A stretch of DNA of 64,000 nt from Perkinsus olseni (lineage: Eukaryota), in NCBI GenBank assembly GCA_013115125.1, contig JABANN010000129.1:1-64000 (forward strand), written 5' to 3'. Under the pieces are notes generated by a model. It ran no database searches and was not told the DNA's origin. It saw only the letters and a program-made list of their open reading frames with translations. This document shows, one piece after another, positions 11,935 to 24,612 of the stretch (its first letter is position 1; every line of letters starts with the position of its first letter). The position numbers and the translations under genes were made by a program.

Positions 11935-13221
11935 TACTGTTCATGTTCAAGCTGTTGGATACTCTTGTTGTTGTTCAACAGCACACAGGGCTTTAGTTGC
12001 AGAGTAGTTTTCGGGAGTTGACCACGCCGTCTACAGCGGAGGCACTCGTCACCGCGATGAATGAACAACTTCTTCTGATGTTCCCTGGTACACAGGGTGG
12101 ACCAATTCGTGGGTGAGTTTCTCTTCGTACAGTCGCCAGTGGTACAGGAAGTAATTCGTAGAGTCAAACTGGTACATGATTGATGAGCACATCCCATTCT
12201 CGTGTCAACTGGTACAGTTTCTCCTCGTTCAGTGTCCTCTGGTACAGCTGCTTCCTGTGCAGTCCCAATTCGTACGGTTACAGCAGGTGCACCGGTAATC
12301 CCATGGTCCACGGGCCGCGGGTAATGGACTCCACTGACTCCGCCTCAGGAGTTGAGTCTTGTTAGCGAAGAGCGTGCGTGCGCAAGCATTGTGACATGAT
12401 ACATCCGCACAGCGAAGAAACGTCGTCGCTGTTCATGCGTTCGAAGACGCGGTACTTGAAGATGAGAGACGAAAGACGCAGAACAGTGGCGCTAATGATG
12501 TCGGTTCTTTCAATTCTGGGTAGGTAGATGTCTAACGATGCTGAGCGACAGTTCACCAGGAATTTACCAACTCAACCACACTACCGGTGTGACACTACCG
12601 TCAGACATGGACAGTTCCCAATGTCTCGACCATTCATCGGATATCAACTATTCGGGCGTCAAATGCCATCCATTTCCCGCACCATGGGTTTTTAAAAACG
12701 GTGATCTCGGTAACACTAAGTGCCACAGTAATGATGGCCTGCTCGTTTGATGAAACGTGAGCACCCATTTGAGCTATCCCAGGATCGACCGCTGCTTCAA
12801 GTACTTCATAAATCCCTAGTCAAGTTGGCACAACGGATAGCCGCCGGCGTCGTCGGCCTTTTTCACCCGGGCTCGATCCCCAGTGGTTCGTGTATAGGAG
12901 GAAGGCCCGTGGGAAGACACAGCAGGCCGCGAGGGGATTAGTATAGGTCGACTCAACGCATGCCTTGATCGAACGGAGAAGGGAAGTAGCGTGCATGCAA
13001 ATGAGGACGAATTGGTTTCGTGACGTCTACACATTAAATACAAAACACGTGCGTTCTTAGAATTACAAAAATTCATTAGAGAATTTACGACCGACTCACT
13101 CGCGCATCAACCTCGGATGCCTCGGAGCCATGACCAGCACGGGAGAGGCTCTCTCTTGCGGAGAGCACGAAACCTGCGGACAGACGACACTGCTCGATGG
13201 CACGGTGATTCGGCCGAGGAC

Positions 13222-14988
13222 TTACTGAAGAAATATGATGGTTTGCAGGATAATTATGACGACTCCCAAAGGGACGGCCACGCTGATTGCCGACGATCCG
13301 CTGCTTCCTCCCTGGTCCGCCACCACCATAGAAGAATTTCGGGCGGCGGGGGAGTCTGTCCCATCTCCTATTCTCTGAAAGACGACGATGACAGTGCAGG
13401 AAGCAACGCTCAGTACTTGGTCAGGGGCAAAGGTGGTCGTGAGGATCTCCTGATCTGGGAGTAGACGAATGGCGCAGAAGCTGAAGCGAGGCAAAAATAC
13501 TATCCAAAGAACCGGTCGAACAGCCGCACTTGGTGGTGCCCTCGGTGGTGATGCTGTGCACCCATCCAGATTCACATTGGCAGTCATTCAAAGATGCACT
13601 CCACTGACCGTGCAGTCCGCAATCTGAGAGACGTCATATCTTAATAGATTACGATGACCAGTGCCGTGGTACCTAGCACTGTCGCAGTAGAAGTCGAAGT
13701 GACAGTTGTCTGAGAGACCCTCGGCCCAGTAGTAGCAGGGGACGTGCTGGTGAGCATTTCGGTGGTAGAACTCCTGATGGTAGAGGTGGTAGTAGTAGAG
13801 GTAGTAGTAGTAGAGGTGGTGGTGGTTGTGTTGGGAGCTGGGACGAAGTCTGGAACCATATTTTCTGAGCAGCACCGGCTTCTAGTTCTTCATCATGAAC
13901 TTGCCGAATATCGACGAGCTTGAACTGTCAGTCTTACCTCCCCAGTAATACCAGCCTTTGTATTCGACGCATTTTTGAGTTGACGTACTGATCGATGAAT
14001 GACGACATTGTCCGGTGGTTTTCGGATTGAGCTCGTGCTGGGGTGCCAGGATCAAAACTGAAAAAGATTGGAAGTCACAAAAAGTTTCCTACTTAGAATC
14101 TCAGCGGCTCTACAGCGGCGGTATTGCCTAGACGTGTCGTCTCCATAATTACAAACAGTCCTGAGGAAAGGTAATCTCCTCCCTCTCGGGCGGATGCATA
14201 TGCTCACTGTGGCGGTTGGAAGTCGGACGAGATTCCACACCCTGAAAATGCGAGATGACGATATTTTCATCCACAGCTCACCTACTCCATGGCGGGCTCG
14301 GAGTTCCAGTGCCGTTCCAAATCTGGCAGAACCTGTAGCAAAGAGGGGCGACTGACACTCGGGTGATACGAGCGAGACTTACCGGACGTAGCCACCGTAC
14401 TTGTCGACGCCAGAGATCCAGCCCTTGTCACAGACGCACATCTGCCCGTTCCACTTTCCACGTCCATAACAAAACCAATCCATATCGCCTTTTTCTCTTA
14501 GATAGTGCAGAACTACATGGACTGAGTATCGGTGGTCATCAGGAGTAGGACTGAAGATTGGATAGCCGGCCATATAGGAAGATGGAGCTACGAAAGGAAG
14601 ATGGAGCTACGAAAGGAAGATGCGGCCAGCGTTTGGCTCTGGGCCAGAGCCTCTGGCACACGACGAATCTCGTGCTTCAGACTAGAAACGAAATTATACC
14701 ATCGTCCGCCATGGTGGATCATACCAGCTTTAGGTGGAACGAGTTGTTCCGAACAACGATCTAAGTTAACAAGCACTCTCCTAACGTTAATGAACAAGCT
14801 GGCACATATCGCTTGCCTAATGTTTCCTACCAGCCTTGTGAACTGGAAGGGACAGCGGTTTCAATGGAACGGCCAGGTGGCGTTTCACCGCGCGCTTGCC
14901 CCGAATCCAAGCCTTTCGCGCCGAAGACTCCTAAAGCTTGGCACCACCGGTAGACGATTCCTATTAGTCCGCAGTGGAGGTATGGCAT
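13222..14988 (-). CDS. Putative GPI-anchored or membrane surface protein (EGF-like Cys motif, Thr-rich stalk, hydrophobic C-terminus); possibly disrupted
   Basis: Exon fragments CYGRGKWNGQMCVCDKGW (EGF-like), TTTTTSTTTTSTTTTST and GSSAISVAVPLGVVIIILQTIIFLQ*. I could not build a fully frame-consistent model near 13860-13930. Confidence 0.5.
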
Positions 14989-15098
14989 GAGTGGAACCAG
15001 TTCGTGGTTGGTAACTTCCATCTCAGCCATTTACATTTCTGAGGGGTCCGATGGCAGGAGGAAAGACGTTTTCACGACGCAGCAGGTCTGGGAGCCCC

Positions 15099-15588
15099 AG
15101 CGTCCCTCCTCTCGTCAATGTCTACAGAGTGAGTGGTTCTCACTCCACCACGCGGAGCACACCCAGAGGCTCAGCCCAGTCGCCGTGCGGGTAAGTTGTT
15201 CGTTGTTATGGAAACGCTGGGGTGGTGTAATATTCGTAATATGACGGATTTGTTATTTATCAGGAATGGAAGAAACTCTTTCCTAGGAAGATACGGCCGT
15301 CTGCTCGTGAGCTTGATGCTCTGCTAGACGAGTTGGACGGCGATCAGGACGGGTGAAGATTCGAAGGACCTCGGGTGGTGCTCATCGCCCTGTCCGCAGG
15401 TTCATACAGTTTGATGAATTCCGAACGCGATTTACTCCGAAAGTGAAACGCTTTTGATACTGTTCATGTTCAAGCTGTTGGATACTCTTGTTGTTGTTCA
15501 ACAGCACACAGGGCTTTAGTTGCAGAGTAGTTTTCGGGAGTTGACCACGCCGTCTACAGCGGAGGCACTCGTCACCGCGATGAATGAA
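15099..15588 (+). pseudogene. Duplicated, internally deleted fragment of the CDPK 3' end
   Basis: 15099-15221 matches 10999-11121, and 15285-15588 is nearly identical to 11762-12065, introns included. Confidence 0.9.
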
Positions 15589-16464
15589 GAGAGCGAGTTC
15601 CCTCGCATCTTCGGGAACTTCGGTGATTAATCGATCAACCGTTTCGAATTAGTTTGCGAGAGTCCACCATACGTGTGGAGTTTGGGTAAACAGCTGCGGT
15701 GTCATTGTAGACCCTTGCAAGCTTCAGGGTAGGCATACTGTGCTCTAACCAGTATCCTCGCGATGCTGCAACTCATGGCAGCAGACATGCGCAACTTGCT
15801 AGGGGACGATGAACCCGCGAGACCTGGGCGACGTGAAACCAGCTCAGAGCCTCCAACACAGGTGTGGGCGGAAAGGGGTGAAACCGAAATCAACTGCAAC
15901 GAACAAGCTACTATATCCCAATGGATTTACCCAACAGAGAGGGCAGCAGCTGTTGAAGCACTCAACCAACTAACCTGCGCAGACACGAGGTTCGCAAACC
16001 CGACTGTGCTATTGTCTCCAGATCCGAACCGAACACGCCTATCACAACTTGTGATTCACGAGGTTTGCGCCAGTTCTATCCGACACTTCACAACGCTCAT
16101 GCCGTTCCCAGTGAGAACCTGTCGATGACGGCATTCCCATATCCCGTTTATGAGGTACATTCGGTAACTTTTGCGAGAATGAGGAGGCGAGTTTACCGCG
16201 CATTTGCACCGCATTTGGTATATTTTAATTTTACCGCAGCAGGGTTTACCGTTCAATTGCCAAGGAAGTTGAAATATTTTTACCAAAAATTGCTCGAATT
16301 CCCGAAGCGTCTCGCCCAGCAACTCACACATCACCCTTTCACTAGAACATATCGCAGCCAGTATGGTTGGTCTTAGCCGAGGTTTCGGCGAGTCACAAGG
16401 GCAGTTATTGGCATTTTTGGGGTTTGAATTTCGGCTCAACACACGCCGTTACGGGTCAGTGGAG

Positions 16465-16755
16465 ACGGAGAAGGGAAGTAGCGTGCATGCAAATGGGAGC
16501 GAATTGATCTCGTGACGTCTACACATTAAATACAAAACACGTGTGTTGTTAGAATTACAAAAATTCATTAGAGAATTCTCGACCGACTCACTCGCGCATC
16601 AACCTCTTATGCCTCTGAGCCATGACCAGCACGGAAGAGGCTCTCTCTTGCGGAGAGCACGAAACCTGCGGACAGACGACACTGCTCAATGGCACGGTAA
16701 CCCGGCCGAGGACTCACTGAAGAAATATGATGGTTTGCAGGATAATTATGACGAC
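16465..16755. repeat. Second block of the segmental duplication (copy of 12973-13263: 3' end and downstream flank of the surface-protein gene)
   Basis: Near-identical from ACGGAGAAGGGAAGTAGCG to GATAATTATGACGAC; both copies encode VIIILQTIIFLQ* on the minus strand. Confidence 0.9.
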
Positions 16756-17523
16756 GAGACGCATCCGGATCGTCCGTCCTCCCGGCCCGGGGACTCCGGC
16801 CATGAGTGGCGGGAGATGCGGTAGGACGAAGTCAGAGTACCTCCTGCCGTACTGTGATATGTTGCTCCTAGAAAACGTTGAAGCAAATTTGTATACGATG
16901 CTTCAATCACGCCCAAACATTGTACACTCGTTGCTCAGCTATGGAAGGCATGCCAGTCGGACCCCCAATTCGAGTGTTTAAGAACTAAACTCTAACCTGC
17001 GATCTGTAGGATACCGAAGGCTTACTTCATGTAGGCTGACGTCGTGAGTTCTTCCGTACTTGTTAGTGATTTTGTTGGGCTCTACTAGATTGGTCTTTCA
17101 TAAAATCAAATTGCTTTGGGGTTTTACTAAGTAGGTCTGGAAATGGTGTAGTGTCCTACTGAACACTTGCGACAGCCAACTACTGGTTGACGGCAACCAC
17201 TGGCTCCTGGCTGGGGCCTCCAACCTGGTTGCTGGGCCAGCAATGCTGGCTCTGACGCAGATAAGTATGAAATTAGCTTAGAGCGCAGTCACATACTGTT
17301 TACAGTCCCAACCTCTGCATCATAGGAATTTCGAATTTCCGAATATCGAGCGCCTTCCGGAAAAGCTTGCCCCAGCCATGCCTTGCTCACTTGCACCTCC
17401 CGGCCTCGTTCGTGCGAGTGGAACTTCCCTTGACCAACATCTTGCGCGAATGAGCCCAGATTCGGCAATAACAACTTAGATCGTTTAAGCAGTGGTATCT
17501 ACCACCCATGCTGACAGACGACA

Positions 17524-18672
17524 ATGCTTCTCTACCTCTCCCTTCTGAACGAGTTAATGACGAGAGTGGTCTCCCCGACCGTCTACACGGGTATTGACTT
17601 ATCCCCGGGTGTTTACGTGGGCCAAGCTACCAATGCCACGAGGGATTGTTGGCCGGACATGGCAGCAGTTTCCCTTTCACTTGCCTCTGGGGAAAGTACA
17701 AAGTCCACAATAGTCAAGACCAAGCGAGGTGGCAGGAAAACTCTCATTGCGCTAGGATTTGCAAAGAAATATGGGCAATACACGTTTCGGAGGAATCTGA
17801 AGGCCGGTCACTGTTTTTACGTCAATGGCCCTCACACCTATCCGAGGGTTGCCCCTCGCTTGATGGGTGTTGAATTTGCTGCGCACATACCTTTCTGTAT
17901 CAAGTATGGTCGTCTAGTCATGTATCTCGACGCTCGTAAAAGGAGAAGGACTATCGAGTCGCAAAATGGCGAGGAGGCGGCTGCTAACGGCTTTCGTTCG
18001 GCATCCTCATTCCCTGCACGGAGTGGTGCATCAGCAGCAGCAGCAGCAGGGGGTCCCTACGCGAGCACAATCTCACGCGAGAACATGGCATCGAGACAAG
18101 AGGCGGGGAGATTGGGCGAGGGCACGGCTGAGCTCGTCAATTTACTCAACGACCGGCCATCTACTGGGCCACCTTTCCGGGCAACTTCTGGAAGCCTCCC
18201 AGGTTCCATCACGGCGTTCCGTAAAGAGCGAATCTTAAACACCGGCAAGGTGATTGTCGAGGGTACAGTTAAAGAACTTGATGACTACGAGACGACCCTA
18301 TCTGGCTCGGTGGTCATAACTTTCGAGTCCACCGCTGATGACTCATTCACCCGACTACACCTGCCTGATCTCGTACCCGTTTCCGAGGAGGAAAGGCTAC
18401 AGCTCTACGGAGACGGTATTTCTTCATCTACCCGCTGCTTCAAGTGCCGACCATCGGTGATGCCTTACGGCGGCTTCCAGGCTTCCACGCCTGACTTGGC
18501 CACAGCCGAAGCCCTTCCTAGGATACGGCCACTTCGACTCGACAATCTTTACATCTGTAATGATGGTGATGTGTGGACGATACACCTCGGCGACGATCAT
18601 GCTGTCGATGGATTTGAAGAGAAAGTTATCGTCCGATTGACCGACGTAGACCCTCTGGAGGCCCTCATGTAG
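17524..18672 (+). CDS. Hypothetical protein, 382 aa, intronless, no family recognised
   Basis: Long uninterrupted ORF with normal composition; two PG-x-Y/F-initiated halves joined by an Ala-rich linker. Confidence 0.65.
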   Translation: MLLYLSLLNELMTRVVSPTVYTGIDLSPGVYVGQATNATRDCWPDMAAVSLSLASGESTKSTIVKTKRGGRKTLIALGFAKKYGQYTFRRNLKAGHCFYVNGPHTYPRVAPRLMGVEFAAHIPFCIKYGRLVMYLDARKRRRTIESQNGEEAAANGFRSASSFPARSGASAAAAAGGPYASTISRENMASRQEAGRLGEGTAELVNLLNDRPSTGPPFRATSGSLPGSITAFRKERILNTGKVIVEGTVKELDDYETTLSGSVVITFESTADDSFTRLHLPDLVPVSEEERLQLYGDGISSSTRCFKCRPSVMPYGGFQASTPDLATAEALPRIRPLRLDNLYICNDGDVWTIHLGDDHAVDGFEEKVIVRLTDVDPLEALM

Positions 18673-19309
18673 CTCTCGATGAGCTTACAGTGTTGTTGAG
18701 CGCCCTGTGCTGTATGAATTGATGCTGTTGTTGTTGTCTGGGGGATGCTAGCGTTAATAGGAGTATCGACTCTCGACCGTACTTCTGTAACGCCGGAGAA
18801 CTCTCTCAGATTATTGAGTTAACGTCAGATAGATACCGAAGATGAGAGCGTGGGTAACTACTCGTGCGCGTGTGCAAAGATCCCGTGTGATGCTCAGCCC
18901 CCGATCTGAAACGCCGTAGCGGCATACCGGACACTCTGATCATAGCTACTGTCTATTGTGCTAGATAGCGGATGGTGTAGCCCATTTCACCTCCATCACT
19001 CCAGTTACGGGGTGAAAGCATCACACGCGAGTTGGTCTGTCCAGCTCTGTTCTCGGCATTTCTCAGGTGACTACACAGCTGTGCACAGAGCCAAGGAACT
19101 GTGCACAGAGCCAAGGAACTGTGCACAGTTCGAGGTTCTGTCCGGGGGACGTGCTTATAGTTAATCAGCAGATCATGATCACTTATCTCATTGACATAAA
19201 CAACAATCCGCCTCGTTGAATCGGAGAGCTGTTTTCATGTGTTCGCAAGGAGACGACACGTTTCCCCACAACTCGTGTCCAACGCAAGAGCGCTGATGTG
19301 CTGACGAAT

Positions 19310-19471
19310 TTAAGTGAGAAATGGACAATAAGACATACTGTAACTTAAGCCACTACGATCGACCGCCGAGCATTTGAGCCCTTCGGTCCTCCTTGGTCTT
19401 GCCGGTTCTCTTGAAGGTCCTGAAGGGTCTACTGCCCACCCGCCGTCGAGTCTTCGAACGTTGTTTCTTGC

Positions 19472-19505
<34 letters not shown>

Positions 19506-20291
19506 GGACACCGGCTTGCCAATGTTACCTGACAAAATGGTACTCCTGCCAGTTCGGCAGGTGCACACCAAATCGTGTCACCATCGGTGTTCTCCTCCGC
19601 CAGGGCCTCCCATGCCTCTTCAATTACCCCCAAGGGGTCGTTCTCCGACTTCAAACAGAGGACGTAGGCCACTACTCACCGCAAGCTCCGCCCTGTTCGT
19701 CGGGCCAACAGCTCCTTCAGTTTTGCCTTCGTCTCCGCCATTTCGGCCTCGAGTTTCTCGTATCTCGCTTCCTGAAGGGCACCGGCCTTCTTCTCGAGTC
19801 GAAAATTTCGACCGCCTGAGATCAGTCACCTCACCCAGCGTCGCTCTCCAACAGCCGCGGCTGTCCTCCTTCTGTCCGTTTCATCGGCGCCCTCGGCGGT
19901 GAATTGCTCCTCTCGGGGAGACATGTAGTAGTGCAGGGGAAGCGCACTAGCTCCCACAAGATACGCTCAACCCGTGCAGCTCGCACGGCTGAATTGACAT
20001 CCTAGCGACCCACTGAGGACGAAATGGCGATATGAAATGGCGAAACAACGGCAACATCACTCATCAGAAAACCCAAACAGTCATGAAATCGACATGGTAC
20101 TTGGCATAATTACAACTTGAACACTTCGAGTCATTACAGCCACTCCTCGTCCAAGGCGTTACGGCGGAAAACGTCCTCACAGGCGGTCGGGGAGCGTTGT
20201 CGGATATGCTACACGACTCGTTAACGCGTGACGCGCAGCGAATCCTCGGGGCGGCGGAATGCTCCAAGAGCTTCTTCTTACCAGAGGGCAT
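19310..20291 (-). CDS. Possible spliced hypothetical gene
   Basis: Chain of minus-strand coding-like fragments (MPSGKKKLLEH..., ENDPLGVIEEAWEALAEENTD, poly-Ala/Lys-rich tail) divergent from PP2C. No homology recognised. Confidence 0.3.
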
Positions 20292-20667
20292 AGACGAGTG
20301 AAGTAGAATTGGAATTTTGAAACTGCCCTAGACTTTCTCACGCGCCACGAAATACCGCGCGCGCCCAGATCTATTCATCCGCCGGCACTTCGAGAAATTC
20401 CCCTTTATTTTCCTGGAGCGAATGCTGGGTGTCCACAGTAGTGTTGTACGGGGCAGTAACTTATAAGTCTATCTTTTCTCCTGGTGAAAATAATAGTCCT
20501 GTCGTAGAGTCAGATTGCTCGTAATTTTCTATCACCACCGATACCACAACTTGAACTAATCTATTTCGATCCAGCTCTGATCAGTACCTGTTTATTTATC
20601 ACCACTATTGACCTTCTCAAGGATACTCCCATAGATAACTCCATACGAGCATCGGTTATAGTCACCC

Positions 20668-22601
20668 ATGCAACAGATTCCAAGACCAAATTACAGGGCA
20701 CCCGCAGGGCCCGTCGCTCTAGCATACAACGCCCTTAGGGACATGTACGTTCTACTACTAGTACTGGCAGTAGCAGAACTCATCACAAGATCAGATTTCC
20801 TCCATTTCACTTTCCGATGGTAGGCCTCGGGCGGTGGACGAACGGTTGTAACGAAAGTTTTGGTAGGTACGTTATAATCGGGACAGCCTACGCCGTCGCC
20901 CGTCAGCTGGTGTCCTGGGTGTTCTCTTTTATAGAGAGCTACAGCGGTCAGGGGACTACTGCTTTGACGGGAGTATCGGGACTGGTGGGGCCTCGGACTC
21001 AGAAGTTTACCAGAACAGGTACTACGGGTGTTCATGGGCTAACGGGCAGCGGGTATGTTCGTCACTCATTAGGTTGTTGGTTCGATCCTGACGGCGTTGT
21101 TTTTAGGCTCTAAAGGCTCATCTCTCTCTTATGTTGTATCGGAGATGCAGGGCTGGCGAGACACCATGGAGGACGCATGCATCTGTCTTCTAGACATGGA
21201 ACCACCCCTCAGCGACGCCAGCCTCTTCGCCGTCTTCGATGGTACTGCTGCCGCCACTCCAACGTTCTGCTTCACCCTTCAGCCTTCCTCGTCAACAGGT
21301 CACGGTGGATCCATGGTCGCCAAGCTCTGTGCGCAGAGTTTCCCTTTAGAGATTTGTCGGCATGCCAAGAACGAGCTCTTGAGGATCAAAAAAGAGTCGG
21401 AAAGTACCACGGCACGGGACGCCGACGAGGACGGTGGCCCGGTTACCGTAAAAAAGAGACATCATCACCGATTGAATATCCTTCACAACCATCGCAAAGA
21501 GCAGCAGCAGAAGACTGCGAAGTCCGAGGAGGGCAGAGAGAGCGATGAGTCTACCAACACCGCCGAAGATGTCGATTCCGACGACAACTTTGACGAAGAG
21601 GAGGTCGAGGCCACACCCGAGCTGATGGCCCAGCTCGATTTTGGTAAAATACTAACGACTACGTACATGGAGATGGACGCCCTACTGGAGTCCACAGGGA
21701 AGCTGACGCCACCCAAGGAAGGGTCTATAGAGAACGCGTTGAAGCATCTGCCGATTGGAAACCCGTCTATGGCGATGAGTGGTATCGAAAGAAGAAATAT
21801 GTTCGATTTCACCGGCAGTACAGCAGTGGTGGCGCTGGTTCGAAATGGCGTCATTACTGTGGCCAACTGCGGCGACTCACGGGCTGTCCTCTGTCGAAAC
21901 GGCAGGGCTGTGGAGCTTAGCCATGACCACAAGCCAGAGAGCCCTAGTGAGCGGAGAAGAATAGAGAATGCTGGAGGTAATAATAATAACTACTCGATCT
22001 GGTTCAACCGTTGGTGATGGTAGGCAAGGTGATGTCGATGGGCCCGTGCCATCGGATTGACTGGGGCTTGAATCTTTCCCGTGCGCTCGGGGATTTCGTG
22101 TATAAGAGAGCTGGCGAGTTGCCCGCAGAAGATCAGAAAGTTTCTCCTTTGCCCGATGTCGTGACGGAGGAGATCACCGATGAGGATGAATTCATGGTGA
22201 GCCATGGTTAATCTCGGGAACTCTCATGTATTCTGTTTTTCAAGGTCCTCGCTTGTGATGGTGTTTTTGAACTGCTGTCCTCCCAAGACGTCGTCGATTT
22301 CGTCAGCCGTCGGCTGGAGAACGGCGAGAAACTACACACGGTCGTGGAGGCTCTCCTTGACGAGTGTTGTTCGAGGAACCCTAGACTGACACAAGGCCGT
22401 GGCACTGATAACGAGACCTGTGTGATTGTTAGTTTGAATGGCGTGGGAACCTCTGGCGCTTCGAACCATACTAATGTGACTGCCGACGTCCATTTTGCCC
22501 GGGGAAATACCGGCAAATCGGCGGCGGCCAGTAGCAGCGGCAGACCTGAGCGGAGCGGCGGCGATGCTCCTGCCGCTGAAGAAGCTTCCCCTGCTGATTG
22601 A
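20668..22601 (+). CDS. PP2C: Protein phosphatase 2C (PPM family) with acidic insertion
   Basis: MQGWRDTMEDA, FAVFDGHGG (split by an intron), GSTAVV, VANCGDSRAVL, LSHDHKP, LNLSRALGD, LACDGVFE, DNET. Start exon approximate. Confidence 0.95.
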
Positions 22602-22834
22602 TGATGATCTGCGTATTTATCTATCATACTCGAATGTACTATCATCAGCGATGATGAGGGATGATGCTCTCGAGTGTTATCTGTTACTTTTCTCGTTCTT
22701 TTCATGTTGTGTTAAATAGTTGAAGATTTTTCGATAACAACACGACAAAATCAGCCAGAAAAAACTCTATGCTGTTGTTGATAACAATAAAGATTCTTCC
22801 CCTTCGACGCCACGGCGTCGGGGTTTTCAAATTC

Positions 22835-24021
22835 TCATCGTCGCAGTTCTAGCGGGCAGTCGGGCTGCCTGTGGGGGTCCGCGGCATCAACGGCTGGTAG
22901 TTCTAGCATGCTAGTGTATCTGATGGAGAACTTAAGTGGCGCGGGGCTGACGAGGCGATCTACATTCTGAAGATTTTGGGAAATTTTTTCTCCACTGGCA
23001 CTTGAAAGCGAAGAGCGTTGTAAACTTGCGGGACCAGGCAAACGTCGGCAATCGACAGCCTCTGTCCAACACAATACCCTCCACCTTGGACTAGCTCTTC
23101 TACGCTTGATAGGCCTCGCTGAGTTGAGAACGACTGTGAGCTGGGGGAGGGGCGTGAGCTTACTTCGATGAAATGTGTAACCCATTGGTCCCTCACGTCC
23201 CTGCCGGCCACCTCGCTGGCGTATTGGAAGACGCTGAGGTTTTGTAGGGGATGGGTATCACAGGCGATGGTCAAAGCGATCGAGAGAGCAGCAGTTCGAT
23301 CGACCTGTATAAAGTACCAGCTTCAAGCTAAGATATGATCTCATACGAATAATGAAGATCGTAGACTTCATAGTAGACCAACAACATTCCTTGCTTGCTC
23401 GATTAACAGGGCCTCTTTAACAGGCTGAACCCTTCCCAGGCTGAAGGTAAATCGATGGTTGTGTAACTCAGTCGTGAGTGAGTTTATAGTCCAACGACGG
23501 TTCGTGCTTCGTTAAACTCGAAGCCGATGTCCTCAGCCCGGGGCTTCAAGTATTGTAACGGCAGCCGTATCGTCGTTGACCTTCAAACTCACTAGCAGTG
23601 AATGCCACTGTTTACTAGTATTACAAGAACTACTAACTCAAACCCGAGTGCAAATTCAACCTCCGGCGAACGACCACAACCTAGCCGAGCAGGGCGTTTG
23701 TTCCTCACCCCCTTTTCCGGGATAAGCCGCGGTGTTTCCGGATAGGTCGAATCCAAGTAGTCGATGATCGCTATGCTCTGCGTGATGACCTTTCCCTCAG
23801 GGGTCACCAAGCTCGGCACCATCATAGCCGGGTTAATCTTACCGTACCTGATTCCCATACCACACCATCACCAACTCGAGTCCCCCCTACTCCGCCGTCT
23901 GATGTTCCTTCTTCACCAGATCAACAGGAATGCTTTCATACTGGAGTCCCTTGTACTGCAAGGCTATTCGAACCCTGTAGGCAGCACTACTGCGAAAGTA
24001 GGTGTACAACTTTAGTGGCAT
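22835..24021 (-). CDS. GSTZ1: Glutathione S-transferase zeta / maleylacetoacetate isomerase, copy 1
   Basis: [72 protein letters not shown]. Confidence 0.95.
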
Positions 24022-24612
24022 CACCGAAGGAACCCAGGGTAAACAAGCCCTCCCAGAGCTTGGATGAAAATTTTTCTCAGTAGCAACAACGGTTTGTGAG
24101 GAAGTGGTCCTGACCTTGCATTTTACATGTCAAGAAACCGTTTCCAAAAATCGATTCGGAATTACTTCACCATACTGAGAGGGAAGAAAATTTCCCCCGC
24201 ACGCCGAAGAAAAGACCCGTGTCCAGTTGGCAGGAGCGGCGAGACGACAACGCCCAAAGCGCCCCTTCTCCGTTCTCCTCCGGCCATCTACTGCTGGGTC
24301 GAGCAGGGATACCAACGTCAAACTGCCTTCTCGAAAGGAACCATGAGAGTGTTCAATGGACCTCCCAATAGATCTCCCAGGGAACAGTCTCGGAACTCAG
24401 GCGAGGCAGTCTATCGAACGCCACGACGGAAGGACTCCCCAGTCCCCTCCGTGTACCTCCATCCGAGATCCTTTGAAACCGAGACAAAATTCCCAAAACA
24501 GCCCTCATTAACATCCATCCCTCTGTTACTCGCATGAACACAAACCACAAGAGAGAGATCAGAAAAAATCTGGCCCAACTCGCTGATGATCGAAACATGA
24601 AATTATCCTCTC

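Noticed and set aside
12538-12941. Fragment resembling the 17524 hypothetical protein (SPGIY)
   Set aside because: Similarity is limited to a few residues and the frame is interrupted by stops.
15763-16376. ORFs between the duplicated blocks as a gene or transposase
   Set aside because: No recognisable motifs or element ends.
19078-19504. 20-bp duplication and (GCA)n tract
   Set aside because: Ordinary slippage repeats.
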